Notes: generated from the sequence alone by a model not told the origin. 63,626 nucleotides of DNA, filler included, from Rhabdomonas costata (GCA_019059605.1; 44 parts of 44 records of this genome joined end to end with filler, not necessarily neighbours in it); one strand, 5' to 3'; shown: positions 48,449-61,576, counted from the first letter of the whole stretch. Made by a program: numbers and translations.

Positions 48449-51400
48449 CTGCAAAACAGCACATCCGGCAGGCAGCGGGTGGCCGAGTGCAGAAGGCTAT
48501 TACCGATGGACAGGTTAAGGCAATGCGCAGTTTGCCTGTTTTCCTGTGCGTTCCACACTATGGTCGGAAGCCAAAGGCGCAAGGGTGACCTGCAATGTGA
48601 AGAAGCGGTTATTGCAGGTGCGCCATCCCCCAAGGGGCGGATGACCATTGCCATGCCTATCATCAGCAACTTAACCACAGCAACACCTTACACACATGTG
48701 CAACATTGTAGCTGTAGCGGCTCTAGTTGGGCAATGGCAATATCGATGTGCCAAATCTATCCCACACACCGCAGCGCAGCGCTGTAGTCGAAGAACATGA
48801 GCAGCAGGTCATCCGAAAGGGGAAGGGTGAGGATGTCCGGGCTGACGACAGAATCACTGGCGAAGGAGGGGAAGCCCTGGCTCGGGGAGTTCAGAGGATG
48901 TGTCGCGGCCATCAAGAGGAAAAGAAGTGAGAAAGCTGACTCGCTGAACATAGGGAAGGCGGGGCTGTTGCACTCCAGTCTACAGCTCGAGTGTGTTAGT
49001 AACAAGAACATGATTAGCAAGAAAAGACCGAAAATGTCTGCACTTGAACTGAGGCGTCCGCGCGTCCAGTCCTTGACGAATGGCATTTGTGGATCTGAGT
49101 TCACAGTAGAGGCAAGCACATGCATACATGCATGTACCAACCAAAANNNNNNNNNNNNNNNNNNNNNNNNNNNNNNNNNNNNNNNNNNNNTTAATTAATT
49201 AANNNNNNNNNNNNNNNNNNNNNNNNNNNNNNNNNNNNNNNNNNNNGTGGTTTTGGGACAGATCCTTGAGAACGAGGGACTGAATTCCCTTAATTTTCAC
49301 CAGAGATTCTGATGTGTCGAAGCTTGGGTGGCGGTTTTCGTGCTGCTGCGATTTGCGATTTTTGCTCAATGCCTTCAGCCTTTCTCTCAATCGAATGGAG
49401 GGTTGCTGACGCAACTATCTTGAATCCATTTGATGAAGGCTTCCGTTCGCTCGGGGTCCAGGCCGCGTGCACCACGGTTGAATGAGAGTATGCACACAAT
49501 CTTCAACCAGTTTTTAAGTGGTTGTGTGTTTTTGCATCTTCATGTGTTTTTCGTGCTGAACATGAAAGAATTTTCTTACGCTTTTTTGTGCAGCAGCGCA
49601 ATGCAGTGGTGCCGCCCCCGCTCAGCCGTTTCGGCCGAGCGGCTCTCGGGTGTGTTTGGATTTCATCATTCGCTTTTGGTCACTTGTAAATTAACTATTT
49701 GTGCATGAAAAAAGCGCCAATTCATGCATCCGTGCGTCCGTGCATTTGAACGCAGTCAACTTTGTTTCGCAATGGGGCACCCAGGCAACCAAAAGTCAAC
49801 ATTGACCCAAAGGGAGGAAAGGAGGGTTCTAGTTTTTTTTTGGGGGGGGTGATTTTTTCGGCACAAAAAGAAAAATGAAGCTTTGTGACTTTGAGGATTT
49901 TGAGAGCGAGAGAAAATTGAAAGTGGAACGAAAGACGCGAGCTGGGCCAAGTTTATTCGCAAGTGCCACCACGTAACCTTTTAAAGCGGTTTTTGCCAAG
50001 CCTTCAGGCAACCACGTTGAATGCTAGAAGTTCTCAAGCTCTTCTCCTCAGACAACTCGACAAAACAGAAAGCAGCGAGCAGGACAATGCTCAGGTAACC
50101 AATGTTTTCCCAACGAGTACAACGTTGTTTCGTTCGTCCGTTGTTTTGGTTACTGTATTCAGCTGTCTCGCTGGGTCGCTGGAGGGGAATCGGGCTATTG
50201 AGCAAGAGCGACGCGCCCGGCGGGCAATCTTTAAGCCCGGCTAGTTCTTTGCGCCGTTTTCTTTGGGGAAGGGGGTGTCACTTGCGTCGCTTCCATACAT
50301 TCATCCGCGCTCCATACGTGCTCTGCGTCCCCAGAGGCACACCACCCGCTGCTCTCCGGAGGCCGTGAAAAGGGCAACACATGTGTTTAAAAATTCTTCC
50401 TTTGCCTCCACAAGACGCCTCAACGGGTAGCTTGACAAAACGCAAACTTGGCATCGAAAACCAGGATTAAACATCTCAAAGTCCTTGACAAAACCGTATG
50501 TGGAAGGGAAAGGAAGAATTTTTAAACACATGTGTTTAAAAATTCTTCCTTTGCCTCCACAAGACGCCTCAACGGGTAGCTTGACAAAACCCACNNNNNN
50601 NNNNNNNNNNNNNNNNNNNNNNNNNNNNNNNNNNNNNNTTAATTAATTAANNNNNNNNNNNNNNNNNNNNNNNNNNNNNNNNNNNNNNNNNNNNGTGGTG
50701 GGTGTGTTTGGGGGGTGGTTGGTGTATTGGGTTTATTTTGTGCGCTGTTGTGCTATTGTGCTATTGTGCTGTTTGGTTCTTGGGAGCTATGCTGTTGCCG
50801 ATTGTTGAGATTTTGGGCCGAGTCGGTGCATTTTGGGCACCAGCGGAACGGCGACCACGCTGTTGGTCATTGGGATCAGTGCTGTTCTGCCCTATGCCGT
50901 GTTGAACGGATGACTGCATTAGGAAACTGTTCACAGACGGCGGCAAGACAGACTTCACTCAATCTTTGACTATTTAGGCAATTGGGTTTCCTGTCTGCTT
51001 GCCATTGGAGCGGATATGGGTTATGAGATGCAAAGTTAGTTTGGGGCGGTGAGAATCAATTTTAGTAGTAGTAATCGTGGTAATCATGACTATCAACCCC
51101 CCCCCGTGACTTTAACCACCCTTTCTCCTCCTAACTAACCAGTGGGCTTTAATCGTCGTCTGCCTTTCTTCCCCGTTTCGTTTTGAATTTTTCAACAGGT
51201 TTTCGTAGTGGCGCCAGCTGGGGCCACACAGCCGCTTGCAAGGTTTCGTCTTTGGTCCCGGCCTGCTCCTCCTCGGTCGCAACGCCCTTGACAATGCAAA
51301 GACCTTCCCCACGACCCCTGCTGTACGCTGTCCTGAAATCCCAGGTGGCGCGTATTTTTCCTTCCCCTGTGGCTGATTTGTGCTTGCTGGGTCTGTTTTC

Positions 51401-52142
51401 TTCCCTGCGTATGTTTGCGTTGTTTCTTCAGGTCTTGCCATTTTGGCCCACCTCATTTATTCCCTTTTTGACACTGGTGACACTGGGCCTTTCTGAATGC
51501 GCACCCTTTTAGTTTCCTCTCATGTCTCTACGCTGAAAGCCACTCCCCCGCCCCCCTCACACAAATGCACGTGGGCCCACAGGTGTAGGTGCACTGTGGC
51601 CGCGATTCGGGCGTCCTTGCGTGTTTCGAGGTCGTCCGTACTTATCCGCTTTTATACCCACCGCCACAATAACTCTCCTGTTTTCTCATCCCTCCGTTTG
51701 TGCTGTTCCTTTCTGTAGTATTGCGTGCCACCCCCCACTCTCTCTCAATTCCTACCTTCCGCTATTTTTGGTCAGATGTGCGTTTTTTTGGTGGTACCGG
51801 CGTTTTGCGCACCCCCGATGAAGAGTTTTTGGCCCGAGTTCTGAGAATCCTCATCAGCACAGGGAGGAGGGGGGGAGCAAATGGAACCGTTTGCAGCGTA
51901 TGTATGTTCCGCCAGTCTCATGAGTGGCTTTTTCCTTCGACGTCCTTCCCTTCTCTCCACCACACCCCGCACTGGCCTCTGTGCTCCTTTCCAGACGGAG
52001 TGAAACACTGACCTTAGGATTGCAATTGTGGCACCAACAAAANNNNNNNNNNNNNNNNNNNNNNNNNNNNNNNNNNNNNNNNNNNNTTAATTAATTAANN
52101 NNNNNNNNNNNNNNNNNNNNNNNNNNNNNNNNNNNNNNNNNN

Positions 52143-53472
52143 GTTGTTTTTGGAAGAGCTTGCGAAGCGGTCCAAAAACTTCAGCGGGGCGGAGATCGGG
52201 GGCCTTGTGGTCAGCGCCACCTCCTACGCGATGAACCGGCAGGTAAGTGCTGACCCAGTTCGCACAAGCGCTCTGCCAAAAACAATTAGCGCACCGGACT
52301 TGCACTCGAGCCTTTTGAGGAAGGGGTCATGCAAAAGCGCAGAGCGCATAGTGTGAACATTGCGCTCATCGGAAACATGCTCACCACTTAGCCGCCCGGT
52401 CGAAGTGGTAAAACGTTCTTCGGGCAGGGATGGGGCATTCTTTATATTTTTCCTTATATTTCACCTCCCTCCCTCCTCCCTCCTCCCGATGATGCCACCT
52501 ACGTGAATGCTTGAATGCGGTTGTCCTGTCGTTCCTTGGGTCTCAACTGGGAAAGAAAGGTCTAAAAGCATGGCAACCGTGCCTTCTTAAATGGCCGGGT
52601 AAAGGCGGAGAGTTGGCTTGATTCCCGTCTCAGTATTTTTTCGGTGCGGGACGACTTTCGGTGTGGAGTCTGTGGACGTATTCTCCCCTCCCCCTTTCTT
52701 CGGAATCTATGTTCACTTTCTGACCAGAATCCAAACACTAGATTCAACAGTTTTGTAAAGACCCCGTGGGTTTGCTTCTGCAGGTCGATGTCAACAACAT
52801 GGCCAAGACGATTGACATCAAGGACCTCAGGGTTTGCCGAGACGACTTCATGAAAGCCTTTGAGGAGGTCAAGCCGGCGTTCGGGGTGGAGGAGGAGGAG
52901 CTCGAGAAGTACACCCACAACGGATTGTTTGACTACGGGTGCTGCGCCACTGCTTCCCACCATTCAGACACTTTGCGGATTTCCGTCAGGAAACGCCCTG
53001 ACAGCCGCTCTGGTTTTTCCGAGAAGGACAAGAAACTTTCGACTTAAACTTTCGGCTCTCGCCTGGCTATCTATCTCTCTGGTGCGCGCGCAGAGGTTGG
53101 CCCACTCCAGCTCACTCTGCTTAGCAATGCTCCGCACACGCTCTCCCATTCTCCGTTTTAGGTTGCACTGGCAGCATTTGCTTCAGCAGTGCAAGTCATT
53201 CGCCAACCAGCTCAGCACGTCTACCCGCACGGAGTCCCTGTCGGTTCTGCTGGAGGGCCCCCCCGGCAGCGGCAAGACTGCGGTGGCCGCAGCTCTGGCC
53301 AAGCTGAGCGGGTTCCCGTACGTGAAGTTCGTCACCGGGGAGGCCCTGGTGGGGTTCGGGGAAATCTCCAAGTGTAACCTCATCCGCAAGGTCTTCGACG
53401 ACGCTTGCAAGTCCACTGCGAGCGTGATTGTGCTGGACGACCTCGAGCGCCTGGTGGAGTACGTCCACCTCG
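52143..53472 (+). CDS. NSF: NSF/Sec18 vesicle-fusing AAA+ ATPase, exons 52143-52242, 52784-52938 and 53162-53472
   Basis: [12 protein letters not shown]...|...[14 protein letters not shown]...|...[14 protein letters not shown]...SGFPYVK...KVFDDACKS...[16 protein letters not shown] covers the end of D1 and the D2 Walker A/B motifs. Canonical introns. Confidence 0.97.
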
Positions 53473-53622
53473 GTACTCCCCCCCCACAAANNNNNNNNNN
53501 NNNNNNNNNNNNNNNNNNNNNNNNNNNNNNNNNNTTAATTAATTAANNNNNNNNNNNNNNNNNNNNNNNNNNNNNNNNNNNNNNNNNNNNTGAGAAAGGG
53601 GGGGGGGGGGATGTTTCATCAC

Positions 53623-54045
53623 CTCCTTCGACACTTCTCGCAGACGTAATACCCGCACCCCGGGCACCACAGGGAGGGCACGCCGACATTCCTGCGACAG
53701 ATGCCACAGGCCCACCTCGGCGGAGTGGCAGAGCCCGGGGGATAGGGCTGCAAGATGTGCCCCATGGTGCACGCCCGCTGGCGCTGCCCAACGCCTGGGA
53801 TAATGACTGGTATCCCAAGCTGCTGGATCTGAGCCTGCATACAACCCGGCCTGCCGCACAGAAGCTGTGGTGTCTGCTTGTCTTGGAAGCAGCCAGGGCA
53901 GCGGTGCGACCCGCAGAGAGGGGGGCAGCCCGCCACAGGGGGCAGCGCTGGATTGACACAGCGCTGCCCGTTTGCCCTCCGGTGGGAGCAGGTGGCATTC
54001 CCGGCGTGGCGGTGATGCTGCTGCCTTAGCTGCGGCTGCGGGAGC
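53623..54045 (-). CDS. Cys/His-rich zinc-binding exon (C1-like/ZZ-like C-terminal domain)
   Basis: CTMGHILQ...WACGICRR...WCPGCGYYVCEKC, preceded by a second Cys cluster. Bounded by CAG and GT. Confidence 0.65.
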
Positions 54046-56899
54046 CTGTGAAATGCGAGCCACAACTGTAAAGACAAAACGGGGAGCTAAAAGCTAACCT
54101 AACACCGGGCCAACGGGTGACTATTTTGTCATTTCTCATTTCTCGGTTCTCGGTTCTCGGCTGGTTTTTTGTCCACCAAGGTCGTGAGTTGCACAGTGGT
54201 TTTGCTGCTGTGATGGGTGGGATCAGGTCTTTGTAATGATAAGTGGGATCAGTTCAGCACAGTATGACGATCCTAAAATCGTCTCCCTTTCAAAAAAGAT
54301 CAGAGGGCACACACTTGCCGAGATTCGCTTTGTGAGAAATGAGGCCCAACTGATTGCAACTAGGTGCGGGGGGGGGGGGGAAGCACCACCTGTGCGCCCC
54401 GTTGCCGGCATGGACCTTGGAGGCCCCAGACCCTAGAAAACTCATTGGTTTGTGAGAGGTTGAAGCTCTGGAAAAGCAGAAATGAGCGCGCGAGTCTCGT
54501 CGCGTTGAGGCAATGACAGCAAATCATCATAAAACTCTGACCAAGCTGCACTAGCTATAGACCCTAACTTAGAGATGGTCGCGGACACAACTTCGCTTCC
54601 AGCTGAAAAACACCCTTAGCAGAATCGGCAGCCGGCAGCGACACCTCAGAATGGTCTAAGGTGGGTTAAATTCACCTAACAAGAGAGGCCTCAACGCTAA
54701 AGACTCAATGGCACGGTGCAAGCGATGTTCCTGCCATTGGGGGGTTGCCTTTCACATGTTTATTCAGAAGCCAGATTCGCACTTTAGCAGACTTTAGCAG
54801 ACATCTTAAGGGAGACCAACAAACATTCCTTGTTTGGTATTGGCTTGGTATGCGACCCCCTGGTTTCGTTTTCTCTCCTTTTCTTATTTGGATGGTGGGG
54901 CTGCAGCGATGAGATTCTTCTTCCAAAAACGTTTAACCNNNNNNNNNNNNNNNNNNNNNNNNNNNNNNNNNNNNNNNNNNNNTTAATTAATTAANNNNNN
55001 NNNNNNNNNNNNNNNNNNNNNNNNNNNNNNNNNNNNNNTCGGGATGACCTACGCCCTGATTGACACCAACACCCTCGTGCCGAACTGCACCGGCGCCCCG
55101 ACGGTTTCGGAGCTGCTAAAGTGGTATTCGCGTTGTTGGAAAGGAATAATCCCCCCATAGACGCTATACATTTCCGCTAGTCCAACCTGTGATCCCCACA
55201 CACACAGACACGCACGTCCCACCAATGGATTACGGGCACTGGAGTGGCGGGCTTCCGCTCCCATATCGAAACTCAGTTACTTAGGTGACCCTCAATACAC
55301 CGTTTGCAGGGGGCATGTGCAACGCCTTCCAGATCACTTTATAAATCTATTGCTGAAAAGTCCAAGCATGCATGTATGAACCTGGTGATTTCGAGCAGCA
55401 GAGCATAGCGTCTCGCGCGGCCCCTTTTCTCAACTTCTTCGCAAAAGCTGATGCAATTGACATTTTTTTTGGGGGGGGGATAACCGTTACCAGTAGTAAT
55501 GGTTACTCGTGGTTACAATTTTTCTTATTGCCCAAAAGTCATTAATGGACCCCCGACCGCATTCCCTCCCCAGGAGCCCGCTTAGCCACGAACTAGCCGC
55601 CTGATGCTCTCCCAGTCAGCCCACAATCCAGCATACGCTCGTCCCTAGCGAGCATCAATTTGGCTATTTTTGGCTCACCAGAAATACATCTGGGGGCAGT
55701 GCAGTGCAGTTTCTCTAACCCCCTTAAAAAACCATTCCGAGAGAGTATGCCCTTTCATGTTCAATAAGAGAAACTTTAGGGGTGTTTTTTTTTACAGCAA
55801 TGTGGTCTTCACCTGTTTCTACGTGTGTTTGTCCTCTCACCCTGCGGGCCGAGCCCGCGCGTTCCGCGCACTGATGCCGTCCTTCTTCCCATCTTTTCCG
55901 TCATTTGATTTTCTAGATTCGCTCCGCCCACCACTCCGTTCTTCCTACCCATATCTGTGCAACTAGATTCTTGTCCCAGATATTCCTGTATTTCCCTCCG
56001 GTCCCCCCCCTCCCCGTCATCCAACCTTGCCTTACCCTCTGTAAGTAATTGTCGGTCAGGTTTTTCCGAGGAATGCTTTTTTCAATTTAGAACTGTGTCT
56101 GCTATTTTTGGTTTATCGTGTGCACTGGTTCGCCGTGCTTGATTTCCTCAGCCCTGTAATTGTAATCGATATTGCTACCTCAGACACTGGCACCCCGCGT
56201 GTACGGGCATGCACTTGTGCCACTGTGCTGGACTCGGGAGTCGTTTGACTGGGCTCCTGATAACTGTTACCTCTCAACGTCACGCTGAGGTTGGTCGCGC
56301 CACCACCCTCGTCGCGGCTGGGAGCTTGGGTTGTGCCGGAAGAGCCGTCGGCTGCAGTTAGGTTTGCTTGGGCTTCCCTTCTCCCGNNNNNNNNNNNNNN
56401 NNNNNNNNNNNNNNNNNNNNNNNNNNNNNNTTAATTAATTAANNNNNNNNNNNNNNNNNNNNNNNNNNNNNNNNNNNNNNNNNNNNTTTTTGTGGTCGCT
56501 GTCCATGTGAGAGGACTTACCTACTGTGGCAGGTGCCTCTAAAACTACCGCCATTTCTGCCGACTGCGACTGCAGATGGACCTGATTGATGATGATGACC
56601 CAAAAATTGAGGTGGCGATGGAAAATGATAACCTGAATGTCGTGGAGCTGTTGCCGCTCCAGTAGATTGATAATAATGTCGTCGTCCATCGCCTAAGGAT
56701 CACATACAGCACCGAGGAGGAAAGTGTGGTATCTGGGTGGAGAGGCGCTGATTTCAGCTTCCTGGCCGTTTTGGTGACGATTAGCAACTGGAACAACTAC
56801 ATGGGCTTACAGTATGTGGCAGTCTATGTGCTATGGTGGGGCATCTGCCTCCGAGTGAAATGTAAAGTGGTCTTCATGGAAGCTGTCTTTTCTCAGCTG

Positions 56900-57670
56900 G
56901 TGATGCCAGAGACTGAGACTGTACCTAAAGCTTGAATCCCAAAAGCGCTTATGAAGCCACTTTCCACAGCCAATCCTTTAGCCAGTGCTGGACACTTTGA
57001 GTTGGGTCTGTATTTTCCTTGATACTGCTGGATCCACTTCCAGACTCTGGTGAATCATTCTCAACGTTTGAGTTGAACAGGTAATAGCAAGCAACTCCAG
57101 ACCACCTGAACGAGTTTCCGAGGATATCCTTTCCACAGGGCGTTGCGTAAAACGGTGGCCGCAGAGTATTTGATGATCTTTCATGCGCAAACACGTTTCT
57201 TTGCAGTGCAAGAGACGACACATCAACACGCCCACAAACCGCTGAATAGTGCCACTGTACCAAGTTTTGGGTTCCAAACAATGTAGTAGGGTTAATCTTC
57301 CTCCCAGTCGTAGACAGTGGTGTAGACTTCTTTTGCATCTTTTCCGGCACAGCTGCAGTGTACATGTCGTCAATGTACCTGGGGATGGCATCCGAAATTC
57401 CAGGGCCTATCTTGTAGGCGTGCTTCGTTTCGACTGTGTAAAAGCAAAGTTGGCAATTTGAGGCGCAGCTAGCATATCCATTGTCATCCGCATGATTTGG
57501 CGGAGTACCAAGACTCCGTTGTAGATTTAGTTGTTTGTGATGCGTTACACGAGAACGTCTCCAACCCATTACTTAGTGAAGCCATTTTTATCTTTATCGC
57601 ACGCTCTCAACTGGAGCTGCTGAGGAGGTTTACCTTCGACTTTCACGACGGTTCACGGCATGCTTGTGCT
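56900..57670 (-). mobile_element. Degenerate Penelope-like retroelement (copy 2, same family as 7700-8580)
   Basis: YNGVLVLRQIMRMTMDMLAAPQIAN, FYTVETKHAYKIGPGISDAIPRYIDDMY (RYIDD at 57380-57366), VYTTVYDWEED*PYYIVW and RNALWKGY. Clear DNA similarity to copy 1. Has frameshifts and an internal deletion. Confidence 0.87.
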
Positions 57671-58111
57671 TACTGAATTAATTCCTTGAAGTGTATGATA
57701 ATCTCTGTGAAAGGAAATGGTGTGCAAATTGTGCAGAAGTCAGCATTCTTCCTCCAATTTTTGAGTACTTCACCATTTGATTTCACAGAGATTATCATAC
57801 ACTTCAAGGAATTAATTCAGTAAGCACAAACAAANNNNNNNNNNNNNNNNNNNNNNNNNNNNNNNNNNNNNNNNNNNNTTAATTAATTAANNNNNNNNNN
57901 NNNNNNNNNNNNNNNNNNNNNNNNNNNNNNNNNNAGTAACCGAGGAAAGGCCTTGCACGTCTTCACCCGGTGCGGTGGCAGACACGACATTGACACCACT
58001 GAGATGTGGCCGCCGGAAGAGCCCCGGCGATTACGTTCGTGCAAAGGGCAAGGCGGTTGGGAACGTTGCTTAACTTCTGAATACATTTGCTACACCACCG
58101 GCTTCCTGAAA

Positions 58112-58643
58112 TCAGGAACTCTGTTTCAATAACCTCAGCTTCAGCGTCTGAAACGCTTTCTCATGCAGCTCTCCACAATGCCATTCAATCTTCAGAGCAA
58201 TTCCATATTGCTCTGATTGCACGGCCATAGCGGAATCAATATTAACTAAAAAGAAACATACTTCTGGTTGAATCTTAATATGATGAAAATCTAACTTCAA
58301 AAGCAAACATTTCTTTCCACGCATCGGTCATCTATTCAATCCCTGGAAGAGAATACTAGTCTTCAACTGTGATTGCATTCAACTGGCGGTAATTTACACA
58401 AAACCTCAGCTTACCATTTGCCTTAGGAACAAACAACATTACAACTGCATACGGAGATGTAGCTAGATCTATAAAAATTAAAAATATATTTTCTAGAAAT
58501 CTTTTAATCTGCTTCTTTAATTCCTCATTCGGGTGGACACATATTATACAACCTCTGACTGGACGCATTGGTACCTTATTTTCCTGTTTTAGGTCAATAA
58601 AGTAAACCACCAGGCACATTGTCTGGCAAGATCTTCTGTGCAT
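58112..58643 (-). mobile_element. Degenerate Ty3/gypsy LTR-retrotransposon pol fragment
   Basis: [40 protein letters not shown] matches [40 protein letters not shown]. EKAFQTLKLRL matches the connection region. The central RT (YxDD) is missing. Confidence 0.9.
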
Positions 58644-61576
58644 GGTTGGTACACCTGTGTCATCAGTTGATCAACTTCTTTTCTGTGAAAATTACGCAAT
58701 TCTCTGCGAGTCTTGGATTACGCGGATGATGTGAGTTTATCAAAAGGTGTTTTTAGAAACAAAGCCAGTGCCTTACTGCATTTTGTACCATTTACTCATG
58801 CAGTGCTCATAGACAGCATTTGCTAACTTTTACATGGCGTAGTACCGGTCGGCTTTGCCTCTCGAGCACTACAGGCAGTACTAAAGAGCTTTGCGCAGGC
58901 TGAGGAAGACGTTTTCCGACGACCATCATTGCTGCCGCAGCCTCAGAATTACGGTGCATGATGTACACTGGCAGATCTCGAATAACGTCAGAGTGCTGCA
59001 AATGACAGGCTTGCTTGTTAAAAAGCAACGTTAAATTTTGTAGGCGCGAGTGAACATCAGCTCATTGAGTATGGCTGTCTCTACCGCAATCAATTTGGAT
59101 TTCCCATCACGCGCTTGTAAGTTCTGCTGTATGCATCCTACTTATGCATGGATTTTTTCATCGCCGGTGTCAGAGCCGGACCAACCACCGCATGTAAGGG
59201 TGAAGTTGGAAGTGGCGATGTCAACAATAACGTGGCATGCAGAGTGCAATGGTGAAATGTAACGCCCAACCTCCACCACCACNNNNNNNNNNNNNNNNNN
59301 NNNNNNNNNNNNNNNNNNNNNNNNNNTTAATTAATTAANNNNNNNNNNNNNNNNNNNNNNNNNNNNNNNNNNNNNNNNNNNNGCACAAAATGCAGGCCCT
59401 CCAGCAAGCAGCATTATCGTAGCGCAGACGTTAGACAGGCGGCCGGCGGGATGGGGTGGGGTGTTTTTTTTGCTTACAAATGGCAACGCGCTCGCCTCGC
59501 AGCTCCTGTGAAGCTGGAAAAGGGCAGCGGGAAAACCCCGAGACGTATGCCACACGTGACACAACTTTGCCGTTTATGTGGTATCTTGACGAACCTCATG
59601 CACTTTTGTTTGTGTGGTCACTTTTCACGAGCACACAACTTCAGAGTAGTGGGAGCATGCGTGGGCTATGCGTGCTCGTGTGCGGTGTGGAAAATAGGAG
59701 GATGACGGTTGCGCCCCCGCTGCCACTTCATAGGAGACGAGATTTGCGCTGCGTATTGATCGCGATTCTTGAACTTCCCTTCTCGCCTTCTGACTTTCTT
59801 ATGCCGGCTGCCTTGCACTCGCAGGGTTCGTGAGTGTTGGGGGTGACCACTTGGACGAGGACCCCATGGTAGGCTCTTTGCCCTTACCGTCACTCAGCTT
59901 AAACGAGCCGAAGGCTTTTTTTTGCTCCGAAAGCTCGATCTGCTGAATGTTTTGGTGTGAGGCAACTCAGAGCTGAGGCGCAGCTTTCGAGCTTCTCGCG
60001 CTTGGCAGGCGCTTATAATTATACGGCATATGTGGAGCAGTGTATTTACGCAGAACGAAGACGAGCAAAAGAGAACCCGTTAATAATGGAAGTGTCCAGC
60101 CTTAATATACGACATCAGAGAACACCACGGATCGTCTCCGCGCAGGTTAGCACGCTGTGGAAAGAACACTAAAACGGAATAAGTTCCCCCCCCCTCCTCA
60201 TGTAAATCTCTCTAACCCTGGCTGATCTATTTATTTCGTCCTCCGGGAAGGTGGATACACTGCTCCACAAGTGCCAATTATACTTTCACATTTCAATTTT
60301 GATTTTGATTCACTTCTTCTTCTCTTTTGTTCGGTTTTTCAGACTTTTTCCATTGACCAATGATCGACACGCTTGGAGCCTCTGGGGCTTCACACCTTTA
60401 TCGTTCCCACCACCCCTCACCACTGCGTCGACCTTCCTCACCTTGAGGCCAAATTGTTGTTTGTGCATGTGTTGTGTATGTCCTTCGTCGTTTCCTCCTC
60501 CTTCCTTCCTGTGCGCACTAGGGAGCAGGACTTGGACAACTTCATCTACGGAGAAAGAGTACTTTGTCTGAGGTGCACACGCATCGCCATACCCTCAGTG
60601 CGCTTCGCCATAACCTTTAGTGGACATGCAAGCTCTTCAGGAGTTTGTGAAAAACAGATGTGAGCGCGAAGGAAGGAAGAGATGTTAGTCAAAGATGATT
60701 CTCTAAAGGATATGTTTTCTCCCAAAACCCNNNNNNNNNNNNNNNNNNNNNNNNNNNNNNNNNNNNNNNNNNNNTTAATTAATTAANNNNNNNNNNNNNN
60801 NNNNNNNNNNNNNNNNNNNNNNNNNNNNNNTGTGTTAAGTGTGTTTGGGGTGTGTTGTCGATGCGAGGGACGAGTTTGGCGTCACTGCCTTGGAGTGGGC
60901 TCGCCGCGAAGGGCACCATGAGGTTCAGAAAGCTTTGCTGGGGCAGAAGGACAAGTCATGTCCGCGACGCTAAGCGAGCAGGTCCCTTGCTGGCCGTGCG
61001 GCAGATCCTTTGCTTGCGGCACCTTCACATTATGATATTCGTGTAGTAGAGGCGCCTTCACTTCATAAGTTTTGCGGCGCCCGATAAGGCGAGGTGGGGA
61101 ATCAGCAGATGACACCCACCTCTCGTCATGTTTGCGATCTTCTTACATCCGATGGCTTCCATTATCCATCGCTCCAAAGATTGCTGAGTGACTTGTCATG
61201 GGGTCTTGCAAAGTTTGACTTTTGCTGTTGAACGCCGTTAAACGTGTAACACGTTTTTTGTCTTTCAAGATGGGCGGAGTTCGGGTTAAGTGTGCTTGTG
61301 CCCACTTGAAGGTGATGTTATTTTTCGAAAGGTGGTTAGGTTTTACTGCTCCACTGCCCCATGCATGCTGGTTTATTAGCCAAAAATTTGTCGATCATTT
61401 AACCGCATTCTGAATTCTGCTCTCCACAGATGAGGATCTGTCTTTTCGGCTCTTCTCGCACCCCTGGTTTTGTTCCGCGTCCTCGCGTTCAGTACTGACG
61501 TCGGTTTCGCTTTTCTAGATTCATACGTGCTTCATAGCCGAAGCAGTACCCTTTCCTCGTTGCTTCCTCCCCAAAA

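Noticed and set aside
50376-50590. 66-bp direct repeat (50376-50441; 50525-50590) with a 44-bp perfect palindrome (50509-50552), read as a CRISPR-like or transposon end
   Set aside because: Only two copies, perfectly identical, ending at the contig edge. This fits a template-switch chimera, and no cas genes are present.
56949-57569. 206-aa ORF read as an intact gene
   Set aside because: Only its middle part (FYTVE...RYIDDMY) is in the RT frame. The flanks are out-of-frame readings of a frameshifted Penelope-like relic.
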